From NCBI GenBank assembly GCA_018400815.1, contig JAGYLS010000002.1:1-54866 (forward strand): a DNA stretch of 54,866 nt, given 5' to 3'. This document shows positions 28,774 to 38,528 of this stretch, piece by piece (position 1 is the stretch's first letter; each line of letters opens with the position of its first letter). The stretch is from Candidatus Oleincola secundus (lineage in GTDB: Bacteria > Atribacterota > Phoenicimicrobiia > Phoenicimicrobiales > Stramentimicrobiaceae). Under the pieces are notes generated by a model. It worked only from the letters and a program-made list of their open reading frames with translations. It ran no database searches and had not been told where the DNA came from. The position numbers and the translations under genes were made by a program.

Positions 28774-28801
28774 TATTTTTTATATCTCATTGCTATTATA
28801 G

Positions 28802-28832
28802 TGTTAACCTATATAATATTAATAGTTAACCA
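28802..28832. promoter_or_regulatory. Probable BirA operator (bioO) upstream of bioY
   Basis: TGTTAACC-N15-GTTAACCA: two GTTAAC cores 16 nt apart, 30-60 bp upstream of the bioY start. It resembles the TGTTAACC-N14/15-GGTTAACA BirA site of Gram-positive bacteria. One half is shifted or imperfect. Confidence 0.5.
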
Positions 28833-28891
28833 GCATGTCAAACTTTTTTAATTCTTTATCCATATCCTCATTTTTATTTTTCTGGCATTTT

Positions 28892-28904
28892 TTTATTTAA
28901 CCAT
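28892..28904. repeat. Half-copy of the TTTATTTAACCAT palindromic-element arm
   Basis: tttatttaaccat is identical to the arms at 34738-34750 and 41105-41117. Confidence 0.6.
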
Positions 28905-28944
28905 AAAAAACGACTTTCTTTGATGGTGGTAACGGGTGCGCAAT

Positions 28945-29922
28945 TTACTGAACTGTTCCTGATAGAATATGAACTATTTCCCCATTTTCTGTTTTAATTA
29001 CCAGGGCACCTTCTGTTGTGACATTAATCGCCTCACCTGAAATTGTCTGTTCTGCAGATTCTACTGTTATCTTTTTCCCCAATGTATGTGCATTGATTTT
29101 CCAGTCTTTCAAAATAGTAACAAATTGTTTCCTCTGCAACAAATCATAATATTTTTCAAAATTCTCTAATAATAATCGAGCAAATCTGATTTTTGAAATT
29201 TGTTTCCCAAGTATTTCCTGTAAAGATGTTGATTGCTTTCTAATTTCTTCAGGAAATTGTTCCCTGTCTATGTTGGCATTAACTCCGATTCCTACCACTA
29301 CATAGTTAATCCGATCTGATTCTGCTGACATCTCTGTCAGGATACCACACAATTTTTGGTCTTCTATAATGATATCATTAGGCCATTTAATTAATGCAGG
29401 GATATTAAATAGTGCTTTAAGTGACTGAACCAGGACTACCGCAGTCATTAAGGTAATCTTTGAGATATAGGCTGGTTCCAAATCTGGGAATAGAGCTATA
29501 CTCATCCAGACACCGCCCCGAGGAGAATGCCAGGTCCTACCAAGCCTTCCCCGCCCGGCTGTTTGCTCATTAGCAATAATTACAGTTCCCTCTTGCAAAT
29601 GAATCCTTTTATCTCTAATAGCATTTTTTGCTACAGAATTAGTGGAATTAATTCTATCATAATAATATATCTGTTTTCCAATATATTTGGTATGGAGATT
29701 TCTTTGGATTTCTGTCGGTAACAAAATATCCGGTCGGGAAATAATACAATAACCTCTCTTGGTATCAGCAGCAATAAGATAACCCAATTTTTTCAGTTTT
29801 TGTATCTGTTTCCAGACAGCCACCCGGGAAAGTCCCAACTGATTGCTTAATTCTCTCCCGGTAATAAATTTTTTATCAGATAAATAAGACAACACGGGGA
29901 TATCTACGCCTTTTAAATTCAT
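28945..29922 (-). CDS. birA: Bifunctional biotin-[acetyl-CoA-carboxylase] ligase / biotin operon repressor
   Basis: 325 aa. N-terminal wHTH (ITGRELSNQLGLSRVAVWKQIQKLKKLGY), GRGRLGRTWHSP biotin-binding loop, and KWPNDI. Confidence 0.9.
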   Translation of the reverse strand: MNLKGVDIPVLSYLSDKKFITGRELSNQLGLSRVAVWKQIQKLKKLGYLIAADTKRGYCIISRPDILLPTEIQRNLHTKYIGKQIYYYDRINSTNSVAKNAIRDKRIHLQEGTVIIANEQTAGRGRLGRTWHSPRGGVWMSIALFPDLEPAYISKITLMTAVVLVQSLKALFNIPALIKWPNDIIIEDQKLCGILTEMSAESDRINYVVVGIGVNANIDREQFPEEIRKQSTSLQEILGKQISKIRFARLLLENFEKYYDLLQRKQFVTILKDWKINAHTLGKKITVESAEQTISGEAINVTTEGALVIKTENGEIVHILSGTVQ

Positions 29923-29962
29923 AAATATATTTCTTCCTACTCAAATTTTAAGTCAGTTTATT

Positions 29963-30598
29963 CTATTTAAAGGTTATTTTTTCTACCCCTTGTAATTTAG
30001 CGCAAATCTTATCAGTAATCAATTGTAGATGTTCCGATTTTTGAACAAAATCCAAGTCATCAGTGGATACCTTCAAAATGGGACAAAGAGAAAAATCTGC
30101 TATCCATTTTTCATATAATCTATTGAGCTGTCCTAGATATTCTTCAGATATTTTTTTCTCATAATCTCGTCCACGCAGTGCGATTCTTCGCTTTAAAGTA
30201 GATACTGATGCCTGCAGGTATACAATCAGACTGGGAGGTGATAAAAAATCCACCATGATTCTGAACAATTCACTGTAGTTATAATAATCCCTTGCTTCCA
30301 TTATTCCCTGTTCATATAAGTTTTTGGCAAATATATCAACATCTTCATAAATACTGCGGTCCTGTACCACAGAACAAGGGTCACTAACGATATTCTGGTG
30401 ATGCTTAAAACGTTTGGACAGAAAAAATACCTGTAAATGGAAACTCCATTTTTTCATATCAAAATAAAAATCTTCCAGATAAGGATTATCCTCTACCACT
30501 TCATAAAAAGCCTTCCAGCCTAATTGTTTGCTAAGCAACTCAGTTAAACTGGATTTTCCGCTTCCTATGTTCCCGGATATAATTACAAATTTTTTCAT
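29963..30598 (-). CDS. Deoxynucleoside kinase
   Basis: 211 aa. P-loop GNIGSGKSS, ERS/DRSIYED, and the LID-region RGRDYE. Confidence 0.8.
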   Translation of the reverse strand: MKKFVIISGNIGSGKSSLTELLSKQLGWKAFYEVVEDNPYLEDFYFDMKKWSFHLQVFFLSKRFKHHQNIVSDPCSVVQDRSIYEDVDIFAKNLYEQGIMEARDYYNYSELFRIMVDFLSPPSLIVYLQASVSTLKRRIALRGRDYEKKISEEYLGQLNRLYEKWIADFSLCPILKVSTDDLDFVQKSEHLQLITDKICAKLQGVEKITFK

Positions 30599-30600
30599 TT

Positions 30601-31233
30601 TTAATTTCTTTCTTGATCTGTCTGGTCAATTTTTTGACAGATATATTTTAAATCTTTAGGATTTCCTACAAAATCCAATTCATTTGTATCGATTAATAAT
30701 AGTTTTGTCTCTTTAAAATTTTCCTGTCTTCCAAAATAATTTTCATAAGACTGGTTCAATCTTTCCATATACTGATAAGAAATTTTTCGCTCAAATGGTC
30801 TATCTCTTAACATTATTCTCTTCATTAGAATATCTGTGGAAGCTCTTAAATAGATAATCAGGTCAGGGTCAGGAATATCTTTGCACATAATCTGGTATAA
30901 ATGTTCATACATCTTCAATTCATTACCCGACAGATTGAGATGAGCAAAGATTCTATCTTTGGCAAACATATAATCCGAAAAGGAAAGTTGTCGAAAGAGA
31001 TCCTGCTGGGCAGCCTTCACCTGTTGATCATAACGACTTAGTAAAAAGAAAATCTGGGTTTGAAAAGCATAGCTTTTTATATCTTCATAAAAACGGGATA
31101 AAAACGGGTTTTCCTCAACAATTTCCAGAATACATCTAGCTTGATACCTTTTGCTTAACTGGAGTACCAGGCTGGTTTTGCCTACTCCAATAGCACCTTC
31201 AATTGCAATAAATTTGCTCTTAAGTGAATACAT
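30601..31233 (-). CDS. Deoxynucleoside kinase (second paralogue, tandem)
   Basis: 210 aa. P-loop GAIGVGKTS, FSDYMFAKD and RDRPFER. The arrangement resembles dAK/dGK pairs. Confidence 0.8.
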   Translation of the reverse strand: MYSLKSKFIAIEGAIGVGKTSLVLQLSKRYQARCILEIVEENPFLSRFYEDIKSYAFQTQIFFLLSRYDQQVKAAQQDLFRQLSFSDYMFAKDRIFAHLNLSGNELKMYEHLYQIMCKDIPDPDLIIYLRASTDILMKRIMLRDRPFERKISYQYMERLNQSYENYFGRQENFKETKLLLIDTNELDFVGNPKDLKYICQKIDQTDQERN

Positions 31234-31355
31234 CTTTAAAAACCTTCTTATTTTCTATTTATAATCAATACTCAATTATCTATATTGCAAATTATAAATC
31301 TAAATTAGATTATAAGCAGAGAATTTTATTTATATCTAAATATGCTAATTCTAAT

Positions 31356-31395
31356 TAATATAATAGGCTGGCAGCTGCCAGCCTATTATATTAAT
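31356..31395 (-). terminator. 40-bp perfect palindrome, probable bidirectional terminator after cstA
   Basis: ttaatataataggctggcag|ctgccagcctattatattaa, with a GC-rich core GGCTGGCAGCTGCCAGCC. Confidence 0.45.
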
Positions 31396-31438
31396 TGCCG
31401 GGGTTTCGATAAAATACTTTCTTAGATATATTAAAATA

Positions 31439-33058
31439 TTATTTAGCCTCACTTGATGCTTTTATCTCTTTGAATCTACCCAATGCCTGGAATCCTTCAT
31501 AGACAACAAAACTGGCTAAGATTAAGAGTAGAATTGAAATTGAGCCAAGAAGAATATTCCCCTTACCAAAATTAGTAAACACTAGATTAATTAAAGCGAC
31601 TACTGTCATAATAATCATAAACAACATGGGATAATAAGTAATCTTATAACTTTTGCCTAAATGAGCCAGGTAGGCAGTTGCACCAAGTAGAGATAATCCG
31701 GCAACCAGTTGGTTAGAAGCACCAAACATTGGCCAGATTGCAGTCCATTGTCCAGTTAGCGCCAGTCCTCCACCAGCAACAACAGTGACAAGAGTCCCTA
31801 CATATCGGTTAGAAATAGAGGGCACTTTTTCTGCAGTTAATTCTTCAAAACAATATCTACCCAGACGTGTTGCCGTATCTAATGAAGTAATCAAAAAAGC
31901 AGAAATGGTTAAAGAACCAAAGATAATGCCAGTTTCTTCCGGTATACCGAAACCAGCCATAAACTTACCAAGACCATGAGCAAAAACACCGACAGCTCCA
32001 CCCCATTCAGCTAGACCTGTTGCCATACCCTCTTTGGTCAATATAGCAGCTGTACCCAGGGCAATTACCGCCAGAACTCCTTCTAATAGCATAGAACCAT
32101 AGCCTACCAACCTGGTATCTTTCTCATTATCCAATTGTTTAGAGGTGGTACCAGAGGCAACTAATGAATGGAAACCGGAAACTGCACCACAGGCTATAGT
32201 AACAAACAACATGGGGAATAGATATCCTACACTAGTCTTAAAGCTGGTATATGCAGGATAAACTAATGTAGGTCTAACGACTAATATACCGATAAATCCA
32301 CCTGCCAGGGCAACATAGAGCAGGAAGGATGATAGGTAATCCCTTGGTTGTAACAACATCCAAACAGGTAAGACTGAAGCTACTATAATATAAACGATTA
32401 GAATCCAGGTCCAGGTTAACTTATCAAGGAATAAGAATGGAGCACTCAGACCAATCCAAATAGCAAAAAACAGCAAAATAATACCAACTACAGTTACAAC
32501 TGGTAAACTTATATTCATACGATACATGGCAAATCCCATACCCATGGCGATAAGAAGCATTAAAAATCCAGCTGTAGCTACAGATGCATTGGCAGCAAAA
32601 GCTGAAGCAGTTAGAACAGTAAATACAGCAACTACCAACACAAGGGCTAGCCAGGCAAATAATAAAAACCAGGTGCGTGCATTTTTGCCTACATACTGAC
32701 CGATAATTTCACCTACCGAAAGTCCTTTATGTCGAGCAGAGGTAATCAAACCAAAATAATCATGTACTCCCCCAACAAAGATTGAACCTATTACAATCCA
32801 CAAAAAGCAGGGGAACCAGCCAAAAACCACTGCTGCAATCGGACCGGCTATTGGTCCTGCACCGGCGATGGAGGCAAAGTGATGGCCTAGTAAAACCGGA
32901 GCTTTGGCAGGAATATAATCCACACCATCAGTCATAGTATGTGCAGGTGTCTTTGCTTTCTCATCAATCTCAACTAATCTATCTAAAACACCCCCATATA
33001 CTTTATAAGCAATTGCAAACGCTATTACTGCAATAATCAGTAAGGTTAAAAGATTCAT
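31439..33058 (-). CDS. cstA: Carbon starvation protein CstA (peptide/pyruvate transporter family)
   Basis: 539 aa, ~16 TM. LLGHHFASIAGAGPIAGP and ACGAVSGFHSLVASGTTSKQ motifs. Confidence 0.85.
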   Translation of the reverse strand: MNLLTLLIIAVIAFAIAYKVYGGVLDRLVEIDEKAKTPAHTMTDGVDYIPAKAPVLLGHHFASIAGAGPIAGPIAAVVFGWFPCFLWIVIGSIFVGGVHDYFGLITSARHKGLSVGEIIGQYVGKNARTWFLLFAWLALVLVVAVFTVLTASAFAANASVATAGFLMLLIAMGMGFAMYRMNISLPVVTVVGIILLFFAIWIGLSAPFLFLDKLTWTWILIVYIIVASVLPVWMLLQPRDYLSSFLLYVALAGGFIGILVVRPTLVYPAYTSFKTSVGYLFPMLFVTIACGAVSGFHSLVASGTTSKQLDNEKDTRLVGYGSMLLEGVLAVIALGTAAILTKEGMATGLAEWGGAVGVFAHGLGKFMAGFGIPEETGIIFGSLTISAFLITSLDTATRLGRYCFEELTAEKVPSISNRYVGTLVTVVAGGGLALTGQWTAIWPMFGASNQLVAGLSLLGATAYLAHLGKSYKITYYPMLFMIIMTVVALINLVFTNFGKGNILLGSISILLLILASFVVYEGFQALGRFKEIKASSEAK

Positions 33059-33187
33059 TAAAACAAACCTCCTTCAAATAAAAAATAAAAATATGAATTA
33101 TAAGTAAAACAACGATTTGTTAAACACAATTAAAGTAAAAAAGCTTCTATAAAGAGTTACTATCCCGGCAATTGAATAACCAACCAT

Positions 33188-33739
33188 TTATGTACATTTT
33201 TTTATAGGCTGTTTCTTATCACCCCCTTTTTTCTTCCCAAAAGTATAAACTTCTGCAACCTCTTTCCCTTTAGCATTACAAAAAACACAACTATTCTTTA
33301 TATCAATAAGCAATAGTCGAATATCACACCAGCCCTTGATTCCCAGACAGAACGTTCGGCCATATCTGAACTTTCGGGCAGCTTCAATAGCCTCCTTTGA
33401 AAACCCCTGGGAAGAAACCATAATACCGTTCATTTCATGTGACATAATATTGAAAGAAGGGACTACCAATTCCTTATTCGCATGAATTAGATATTTTAAA
33501 AAAATTTCTATTTCTTCTTTTTTAACATATTGGTCAAATCCCTTAACCAAAATTATTTCTCTTTCCTGATAATGGTCAATTTGAATTTTTTTAGTGAGGA
33601 CGTGACGAAAGTGTTCAATGATGGAGATTGCGTAAATATCTATTTGCTTGCCAGCAATTGCTTTATAGGTTTCTACATTATAATGAGCCTGATATCTCTT
33701 CTCTAATTCATCAAGATATTCTTTTAATGTAGTTTCCAT
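33188..33739 (-). CDS. Hypothetical protein
   Basis: 183-aa ORF with a basic, Cys-containing C-terminus. No family recognised. Confidence 0.45.
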   Translation of the reverse strand: METTLKEYLDELEKRYQAHYNVETYKAIAGKQIDIYAISIIEHFRHVLTKKIQIDHYQEREIILVKGFDQYVKKEEIEIFLKYLIHANKELVVPSFNIMSHEMNGIMVSSQGFSKEAIEAARKFRYGRTFCLGIKGWCDIRLLLIDIKNSCVFCNAKGKEVAEVYTFGKKKGGDKKQPIKKCT

Positions 33740-33863
33740 TTTGTTTCCTATATAAAAAACTATTTAATTTATTATGGAATTAAACTGTTTTTATTTTATT
33801 ACAATCAATTTGCGATTGCAACTATCAATTAATCTTTAAAAGGAGTTTACTAGCTTAACTATC

Positions 33864-33931
33864 TTGACATATATCTACTTTATGATAGTATCTTGATATA
33901 TTTTTATGTTACATTTTTATTAATAGTAACA
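33864..33931 (+). promoter_or_regulatory. Promoter TTGACA-N16-TAGTAT followed by inverted repeat TGTTAC-N13-GTAACA
   Basis: -35 at 33864-33869, -10 at 33886-33891. Perfect 6-bp arms at 33907-33912 and 33926-33931 sit just downstream of the predicted TSS, upstream of the FmdE-like gene. Confidence 0.35.
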
Positions 33932-34019
33932 CAATAATTCGACATAAAAACAACTAAATATTAATACTTTTTTGAGAATACATAATAATTGCTTACTACA
34001 ATATAAGGAGATTGGTTTA

Positions 34020-34457
34020 ATGATTAAACTAACTATAGATCAGAACGATATAGAAGCCATGATTGGTCGGGGTATAAAGCTTCATGGTCATGCTGGCCCC
34101 TATCTTAACCTGGGAATTAAAATGGGGTTGCTGGCCCTGGAGATCTTAAACGCCAAAGGATATTTTGATTTGTCTGTTGAAGCTGAGCTGGAATACCGCA
34201 GGCCAATGTCCTGTTTTGTTGATGGACTGCAGATATCTACTGGTTGTACTATGGGAAAAGGAAATATCAGAGTAAAAAACCAGCCTGGTAATATTAATGC
34301 ACTTTTTAAAACAGAGAACAGAACTCTTCGGATAAAGCTGAAACCAGAAATAGTTGAATCTTTGGATTTTAAAGAAGAAAGCTGTGAAAACCTGGCTCAT
34401 CGGATATTAAAACTATCTGATGAAGAATTATTCAATTATGATGAGAAAACAGAATAA
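34020..34457 (+). CDS. FmdE-family (formylmethanofuran dehydrogenase subunit E-like) protein
   Basis: KLHGHAGPYLNLGIKMG and CFVDGLQISTGCTMGKGN motifs. I prefer the ATG at 34020 (AAGGAG RBS 9 nt upstream) over the track's TTG at 33972. Confidence 0.7.
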   Translation: MIKLTIDQNDIEAMIGRGIKLHGHAGPYLNLGIKMGLLALEILNAKGYFDLSVEAELEYRRPMSCFVDGLQISTGCTMGKGNIRVKNQPGNINALFKTENRTLRIKLKPEIVESLDFKEESCENLAHRILKLSDEELFNYDEKTE

Positions 34458-34649
34458 GTTCAAAGCAACTAAAATATAAACTATATTTGATTTTGCCGTG
34501 ATTCTTTCTATCTTTGTCAAAAATTTATTATATGATGACAATCTGCTGATAAGAAAAATGTCTATACTTCTTCTGGTTCTAAACTTCCTTCATTATAATT
34601 CAATTAATTACTGGTCTTTATAATAAAAATTCATGATAAATAACTATCG

Positions 34650-34667
34650 CACCCGCATAGCGGGTGG
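34650..34667. repeat. GC-rich hairpin CACCCGCATAGCGGGTGG (copy 2)
   Basis: Identical to 26452-26469. Confidence 0.85.
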
Positions 34668-34737
34668 CTAAACGATTATTTCCAGGATATTCAAGTAGAA
34701 TCCTTTAGTATATCTATTGTCTTTATGGTAAAACCAT

Positions 34738-34786
34738 TTTATTTAACCATTACCACCTTTAAAGAAGGTGGTAATGGTTAAATAAA
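34738..34786 (+). repeat. 49-nt perfect hairpin (22-bp arms) built on TTTATTTAACCAT/ATGGTTAAATAAA, followed by a T-run
   Basis: tttatttaaccattaccacctt-taaag-aaggtggtaatggttaaataaa, then gaattttt. It is preceded by the mini-palindrome atggtaaaaccat (34725-34737) and may act as the terminator for the FmdE-like gene. Confidence 0.8.
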
Positions 34787-34909
34787 GAATTTTTGAATTA
34801 TTTCTCATTTCTTATATAATATATAGAAAGTATAAAACAAACATAAGGGTATTTTAATATTTACTTAATTAGAAAAAATTTTTATTAAAATAAAAATTGG
34901 AGGAATAAA

Positions 34910-35806
34910 ATGAAAAGATTAATTGGAATTATTTTATTGCTTACATTTTTACTGGTTTTTGCTATTTCTTCATCAGTTGCACAAACAAATGACGAAAAAA
35001 TTGTTTTAGGATCTAAACTCTTTAATGAACAATACATTTTATCTCACATGATCGCCCACTTAATGAAAGATGCTGGTTACCAGGCAGAAGTTAAAACTGC
35101 CCTTGGCGGGACTATGATTAACTATGAAGCATTGAAACAAGGAAATATTGATGCTTATGTTGAATACACCGGAACTGCTTACAATGTTATCTTAAAATTA
35201 CCTCCACTTGAACAATGGAATTCTGAACAGGTCTACCAACAAGTTGAAGAAGGATTATTAGAACAAGACCAGATTTCTATTGCCGCCAAAATCGGTTTCA
35301 GCAATGACTATGCTATTGCCCTGAAGAAAGATTGGGTTGAAGAAAATCAAATTACCAGGTTAAGCGAACTGGGACCTTTTGCCAGTGATTTAAGTCTGGC
35401 AACTGATCCTGAATTTGCTTCTCGACCCGACGGACTGCCACAAATTGATAAAATCTATGGTTTCACCTTTGGCAGAGTACGCCAAATGCAACCTACCTTG
35501 ATGTATGAAGCAATTAAAAACAATCAGGTTGATGCCATTGGCGCTTATACCACAGATGCCAGGGTTGACCTATATAATCTTGCCATTGTAGAAGATGATT
35601 TAGGGGCCCTGCCACCCTATGATGCCATTATTATTGTACGAAAAGAATTTGCTGAAAATGAAGAACTTATGAACATTTTTAAAATTTTGGAAGACCAAAT
35701 TGATACCCAAACTATGAGATATTTAAACAAATTTTATGATATTGATAAAAAAGAAGCATCCGATATTGCCAGAGAATACCTTGTGGAAGAAGGTTTCATT
35801 AAATAA
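34910..35806 (+). CDS. Glycine betaine/carnitine/choline ABC transporter substrate-binding protein (OpuBC/OpuCC type)
   Basis: 298 aa with a signal peptide. [19 protein letters not shown] and YTTDARV motifs of the OpuAC-fold family. Confidence 0.8.
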   Translation: MKRLIGIILLLTFLLVFAISSSVAQTNDEKIVLGSKLFNEQYILSHMIAHLMKDAGYQAEVKTALGGTMINYEALKQGNIDAYVEYTGTAYNVILKLPPLEQWNSEQVYQQVEEGLLEQDQISIAAKIGFSNDYAIALKKDWVEENQITRLSELGPFASDLSLATDPEFASRPDGLPQIDKIYGFTFGRVRQMQPTLMYEAIKNNQVDAIGAYTTDARVDLYNLAIVEDDLGALPPYDAIIIVRKEFAENEELMNIFKILEDQIDTQTMRYLNKFYDIDKKEASDIAREYLVEEGFIK

Positions 35807-35830
35807 ATATTAAAGGGTAAGGGGAAATAA

Positions 35831-36952
35831 GTGGCTCCTTCCAAAAAATTTTTTAATAAAATTGATAAGATAGAAATTAAAAATGTAAGCAAGAAGTATG
35901 GTGCTGTTATTGCTGTAAACCAGGTAAGCTTGAACATTATCGGGGGCGAATTGCTGATTCTTCTGGGTCCCAGTGGCTGTGGCAAAACAACCCTTCTTCG
36001 TATGATTAATAGATTGGTTGAAACTGATGACGGCCAAATACTAATTAACGGTCAGGACGTGAAAAGTTTCAATCCAGTCCTTCTTCGAAAAAATATCGGT
36101 TATGTAATTCAGCAAATTGGTCTGTTTCCCCATATGACCGTTAAAGAAAATATCAGCCTGGTTCCTAAACTGGAAGGCTGGACTGAAAAAGAAATGAATC
36201 AAAGGGTAAAAGAACTATTGGAGCTGGTTTCACTGCCGCCTGAACAATTTCTCAATCGGAAACCAAAGGAGCTCAGTGGCGGACAGCAACAGCGTATCGG
36301 ATTAGCCCGGGCAATGGTTATGGATTCACCTCTACTGTTGATGGATGAACCATTTGGCGCATTGGATCCTATTTTAAGAAAACAACTCCAAGAAGAATTT
36401 ATTAAAGTTAAGGAAAGATTACAAAGAACCATCATCTTTGTAACACATGATATTGAAGAGGCTTTTCGCCTTGGAGACCGGGTTGCCATTCTGAGGGAAG
36501 GACAGCTAATCCAGGTAGCCAGAAAAAATGAATTACTGGTCAACCCGGCTAATGATTTTATTGCAGATATCGTGGATTCCAATAAAAAATTCAGACATTT
36601 GGATAATTTAACAATTAAAGATACTATGCTTCCCCTGGAAAAAAAATACATTTTTCAGTCAGATGAAACAGCCCAATCTGCTATCCAGAGAATGATTAAG
36701 GAACAAATTGAATTTGGCATCGTCTTAGAAAACCATAATTATAAGGGAACAATTAAATTAAACCAATTATACGCTAACCAGGAAAAGAAGCTCAAAGAGA
36801 TATACTCGCAAGTGCCAACATACAATTCTACTGATTCAGTTGCTATTGCTTTAGATGATATGAAAAAAAATAATAATTTTATCGGTATTGTCATGGAAGA
36901 TGAGCCAATAGGGATTCTCCTGTCTGATGAACTTCTATCAAGGTTAATTTAA
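35831..36952 (+). CDS. Osmoprotectant ABC transporter ATP-binding protein with C-terminal CBS pair (OpuCA type)
   Basis: 373 aa. Walker A GPSGCGKTT, signature LSGGQQQR, Walker B LLLMDEPF, and a CBS-like tail. GTG start. Confidence 0.85.
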   Translation: MAPSKKFFNKIDKIEIKNVSKKYGAVIAVNQVSLNIIGGELLILLGPSGCGKTTLLRMINRLVETDDGQILINGQDVKSFNPVLLRKNIGYVIQQIGLFPHMTVKENISLVPKLEGWTEKEMNQRVKELLELVSLPPEQFLNRKPKELSGGQQQRIGLARAMVMDSPLLLMDEPFGALDPILRKQLQEEFIKVKERLQRTIIFVTHDIEEAFRLGDRVAILREGQLIQVARKNELLVNPANDFIADIVDSNKKFRHLDNLTIKDTMLPLEKKYIFQSDETAQSAIQRMIKEQIEFGIVLENHNYKGTIKLNQLYANQEKKLKEIYSQVPTYNSTDSVAIALDDMKKNNNFIGIVMEDEPIGILLSDELLSRLI

Positions 36953-36953
36953 G

Positions 36954-37580
36954 ATGATTTTAAATGTATGGAAAACACAGCAATTAGGAATAAAGACGAT
37001 TGAACATCTTTCTATGGTATTTATTGCCCTCTTGATTATTATATTTATCGGCATAGGTATTGGTATTTTTTTATACAATAGAAGAAATTTATCTGATATT
37101 GTTTTAAATATACTTAATGTGATTGAAACCATACCGGAATTGGTCTTACTGGTTATCTTGATGCCCTTTTTAGGTATTGGTTTTAAACCAACTATAGTAG
37201 CCTCAATTCTCTATTCAATATTACCGGTAGCTAGAAATACCTATGTTGGATTAACCCAGGTAGACCAGCAGTATCTCGAAAGTGCCCGGGCAATGGGACT
37301 GGCTGAAAAGGAAATACTATGGCATGTTAGAATACCTCTTGCCCTCCCATTGATTGCTGCCGGTGTTCGAATCGCTATTGTCTTTACCATGGGCGTCGTT
37401 ACCCTGGGAGGATTAATCGCAGCAGGCGGATTAGGTGGTCCTATTCAGACCGGAATTCACCTCTATGATAAAGATATTATCATCGTCACCGGATTATGGA
37501 TTGGAATCCTGGCAGTATTAGTTGACTCTATCGGCAGTTGGATAGAAAAACTATTAAATCGAAGGTATGGATATGATTGA
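36954..37580 (+). CDS. Osmoprotectant ABC transporter permease (OpuCB type)
   Basis: 208 aa, 5-6 TM, with the EAA-like loop ESARAMGLAEKEILWHVRIPLALP. Confidence 0.8.
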   Translation: MILNVWKTQQLGIKTIEHLSMVFIALLIIIFIGIGIGIFLYNRRNLSDIVLNILNVIETIPELVLLVILMPFLGIGFKPTIVASILYSILPVARNTYVGLTQVDQQYLESARAMGLAEKEILWHVRIPLALPLIAAGVRIAIVFTMGVVTLGGLIAAGGLGGPIQTGIHLYDKDIIIVTGLWIGILAVLVDSIGSWIEKLLNRRYGYD

Positions 37581-38178
37581 TATTAACATTATCTTGAATG
37601 CAGTCGGAGAACATCTCTTTTTAGCCTATAGTGCATTATTTATTTCTATTATCTTAGCTATTCCGCTGGCTATTATATCCCTTTACAATCGCTACCTGGC
37701 TTCCGTTTTACTGGTTCTTGCCAATCTGGTTCAGGCAATTCCCAGTTTTGCTGTCGTTGCCATTGCAGTACCACTGCTCGGTATTGGCTTTAAGCCGGCT
37801 ATATTCGCAATTATCTTACGGATTATCTTACCTCTATTTAAAAATGCCTATACCGGCCTCAAAGATATTGATTTTTTTTATATTGATTCAGCTAGAGGAA
37901 TTGGACTTAACAAAATGGAAATTTTACGCTATATCCGTTTTCCTCATGCCTTTCCTGCTATTTTTGCCGGTATTAAATTTGCTGCCGTGATTGCCAACAG
38001 TGTTGCGATCCTTACCTCTTTAATAGGTGCAGGAGGTCTGGGAGAACTAATCTTTGAAGGATTGACTAATTTTAATATCCCAAAGGTATTGACCGGTGCC
38101 ATTCCTGCTATGATTATTGCTATCCTGCTGGATGTGAGTTTTAGCCTTATTGAAAAAAGAATTTCATTAGAAAACTAG
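37567..38178 (+). CDS. Osmoprotectant ABC transporter permease (OpuCD type)
   Basis: 203 aa with the EAA-like loop DSARGIGLNKMEILRYIRFPHAFP. It overlaps the previous gene by 14 nt. Confidence 0.8.
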   Translation: MDMIDINIILNAVGEHLFLAYSALFISIILAIPLAIISLYNRYLASVLLVLANLVQAIPSFAVVAIAVPLLGIGFKPAIFAIILRIILPLFKNAYTGLKDIDFFYIDSARGIGLNKMEILRYIRFPHAFPAIFAGIKFAAVIANSVAILTSLIGAGGLGELIFEGLTNFNIPKVLTGAIPAMIIAILLDVSFSLIEKRISLEN

Positions 38179-38190
38179 AAGACCACTATT

Positions 38191-38421
38191 TTAGAAATTT
38201 CCTTTTTCTTCAATGATTTTCTTTAATTGCTCATCTACAGTACCGTCAGGTAGAACATAATCCGGGGAAACATATCCTTCCTCTTCAAATCGTTTTTTTC
38301 TGATACAATCCCTACCCCCATTCAAACAGTAATCATCAATCCATTTTTTATCTAACAATCCTTTATCATAAGCTCTTTTCATGCCTGATGTTTGATCATA
38401 CCATCTGCATAGATTAGCCAT
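38191..38421 (-). CDS. Hypothetical small Cys-containing protein
   Basis: 76-aa ORF (C5, C32, C39), convergent with the opu operon. No family recognised. Confidence 0.45.
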   Translation of the reverse strand: MANLCRWYDQTSGMKRAYDKGLLDKKWIDDYCLNGGRDCIRKKRFEEEGYVSPDYVLPDGTVDEQLKKIIEEKGNF

Positions 38422-38528
38422 AATACAAATAACTCCTTAACTTCTTTTATTTTGATAAAAATTATATTAAATCTACTTAATAAAAACAGTTCATCTATCA
38501 TTTAATTATAATCACTTCATCTAAAAAG

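Noticed and set aside
33972-34019. Upstream TTG start for the FmdE-like gene given in the ORF track
   Set aside because: The ATG at 34020 has an AAGGAG RBS at proper spacing. The extra 16 residues (MRIHNNCLLQYKEIGL) have no support.
36199-36651. 150-aa antisense ORF inside opuCA, and similar shadow ORFs (for example 13512-13868, 3892-4167, 46654-46980, 22385-22702)
   Set aside because: Each lies entirely inside a longer ORF that has clear family motifs on the opposite strand or in another frame. They have no independent motifs.
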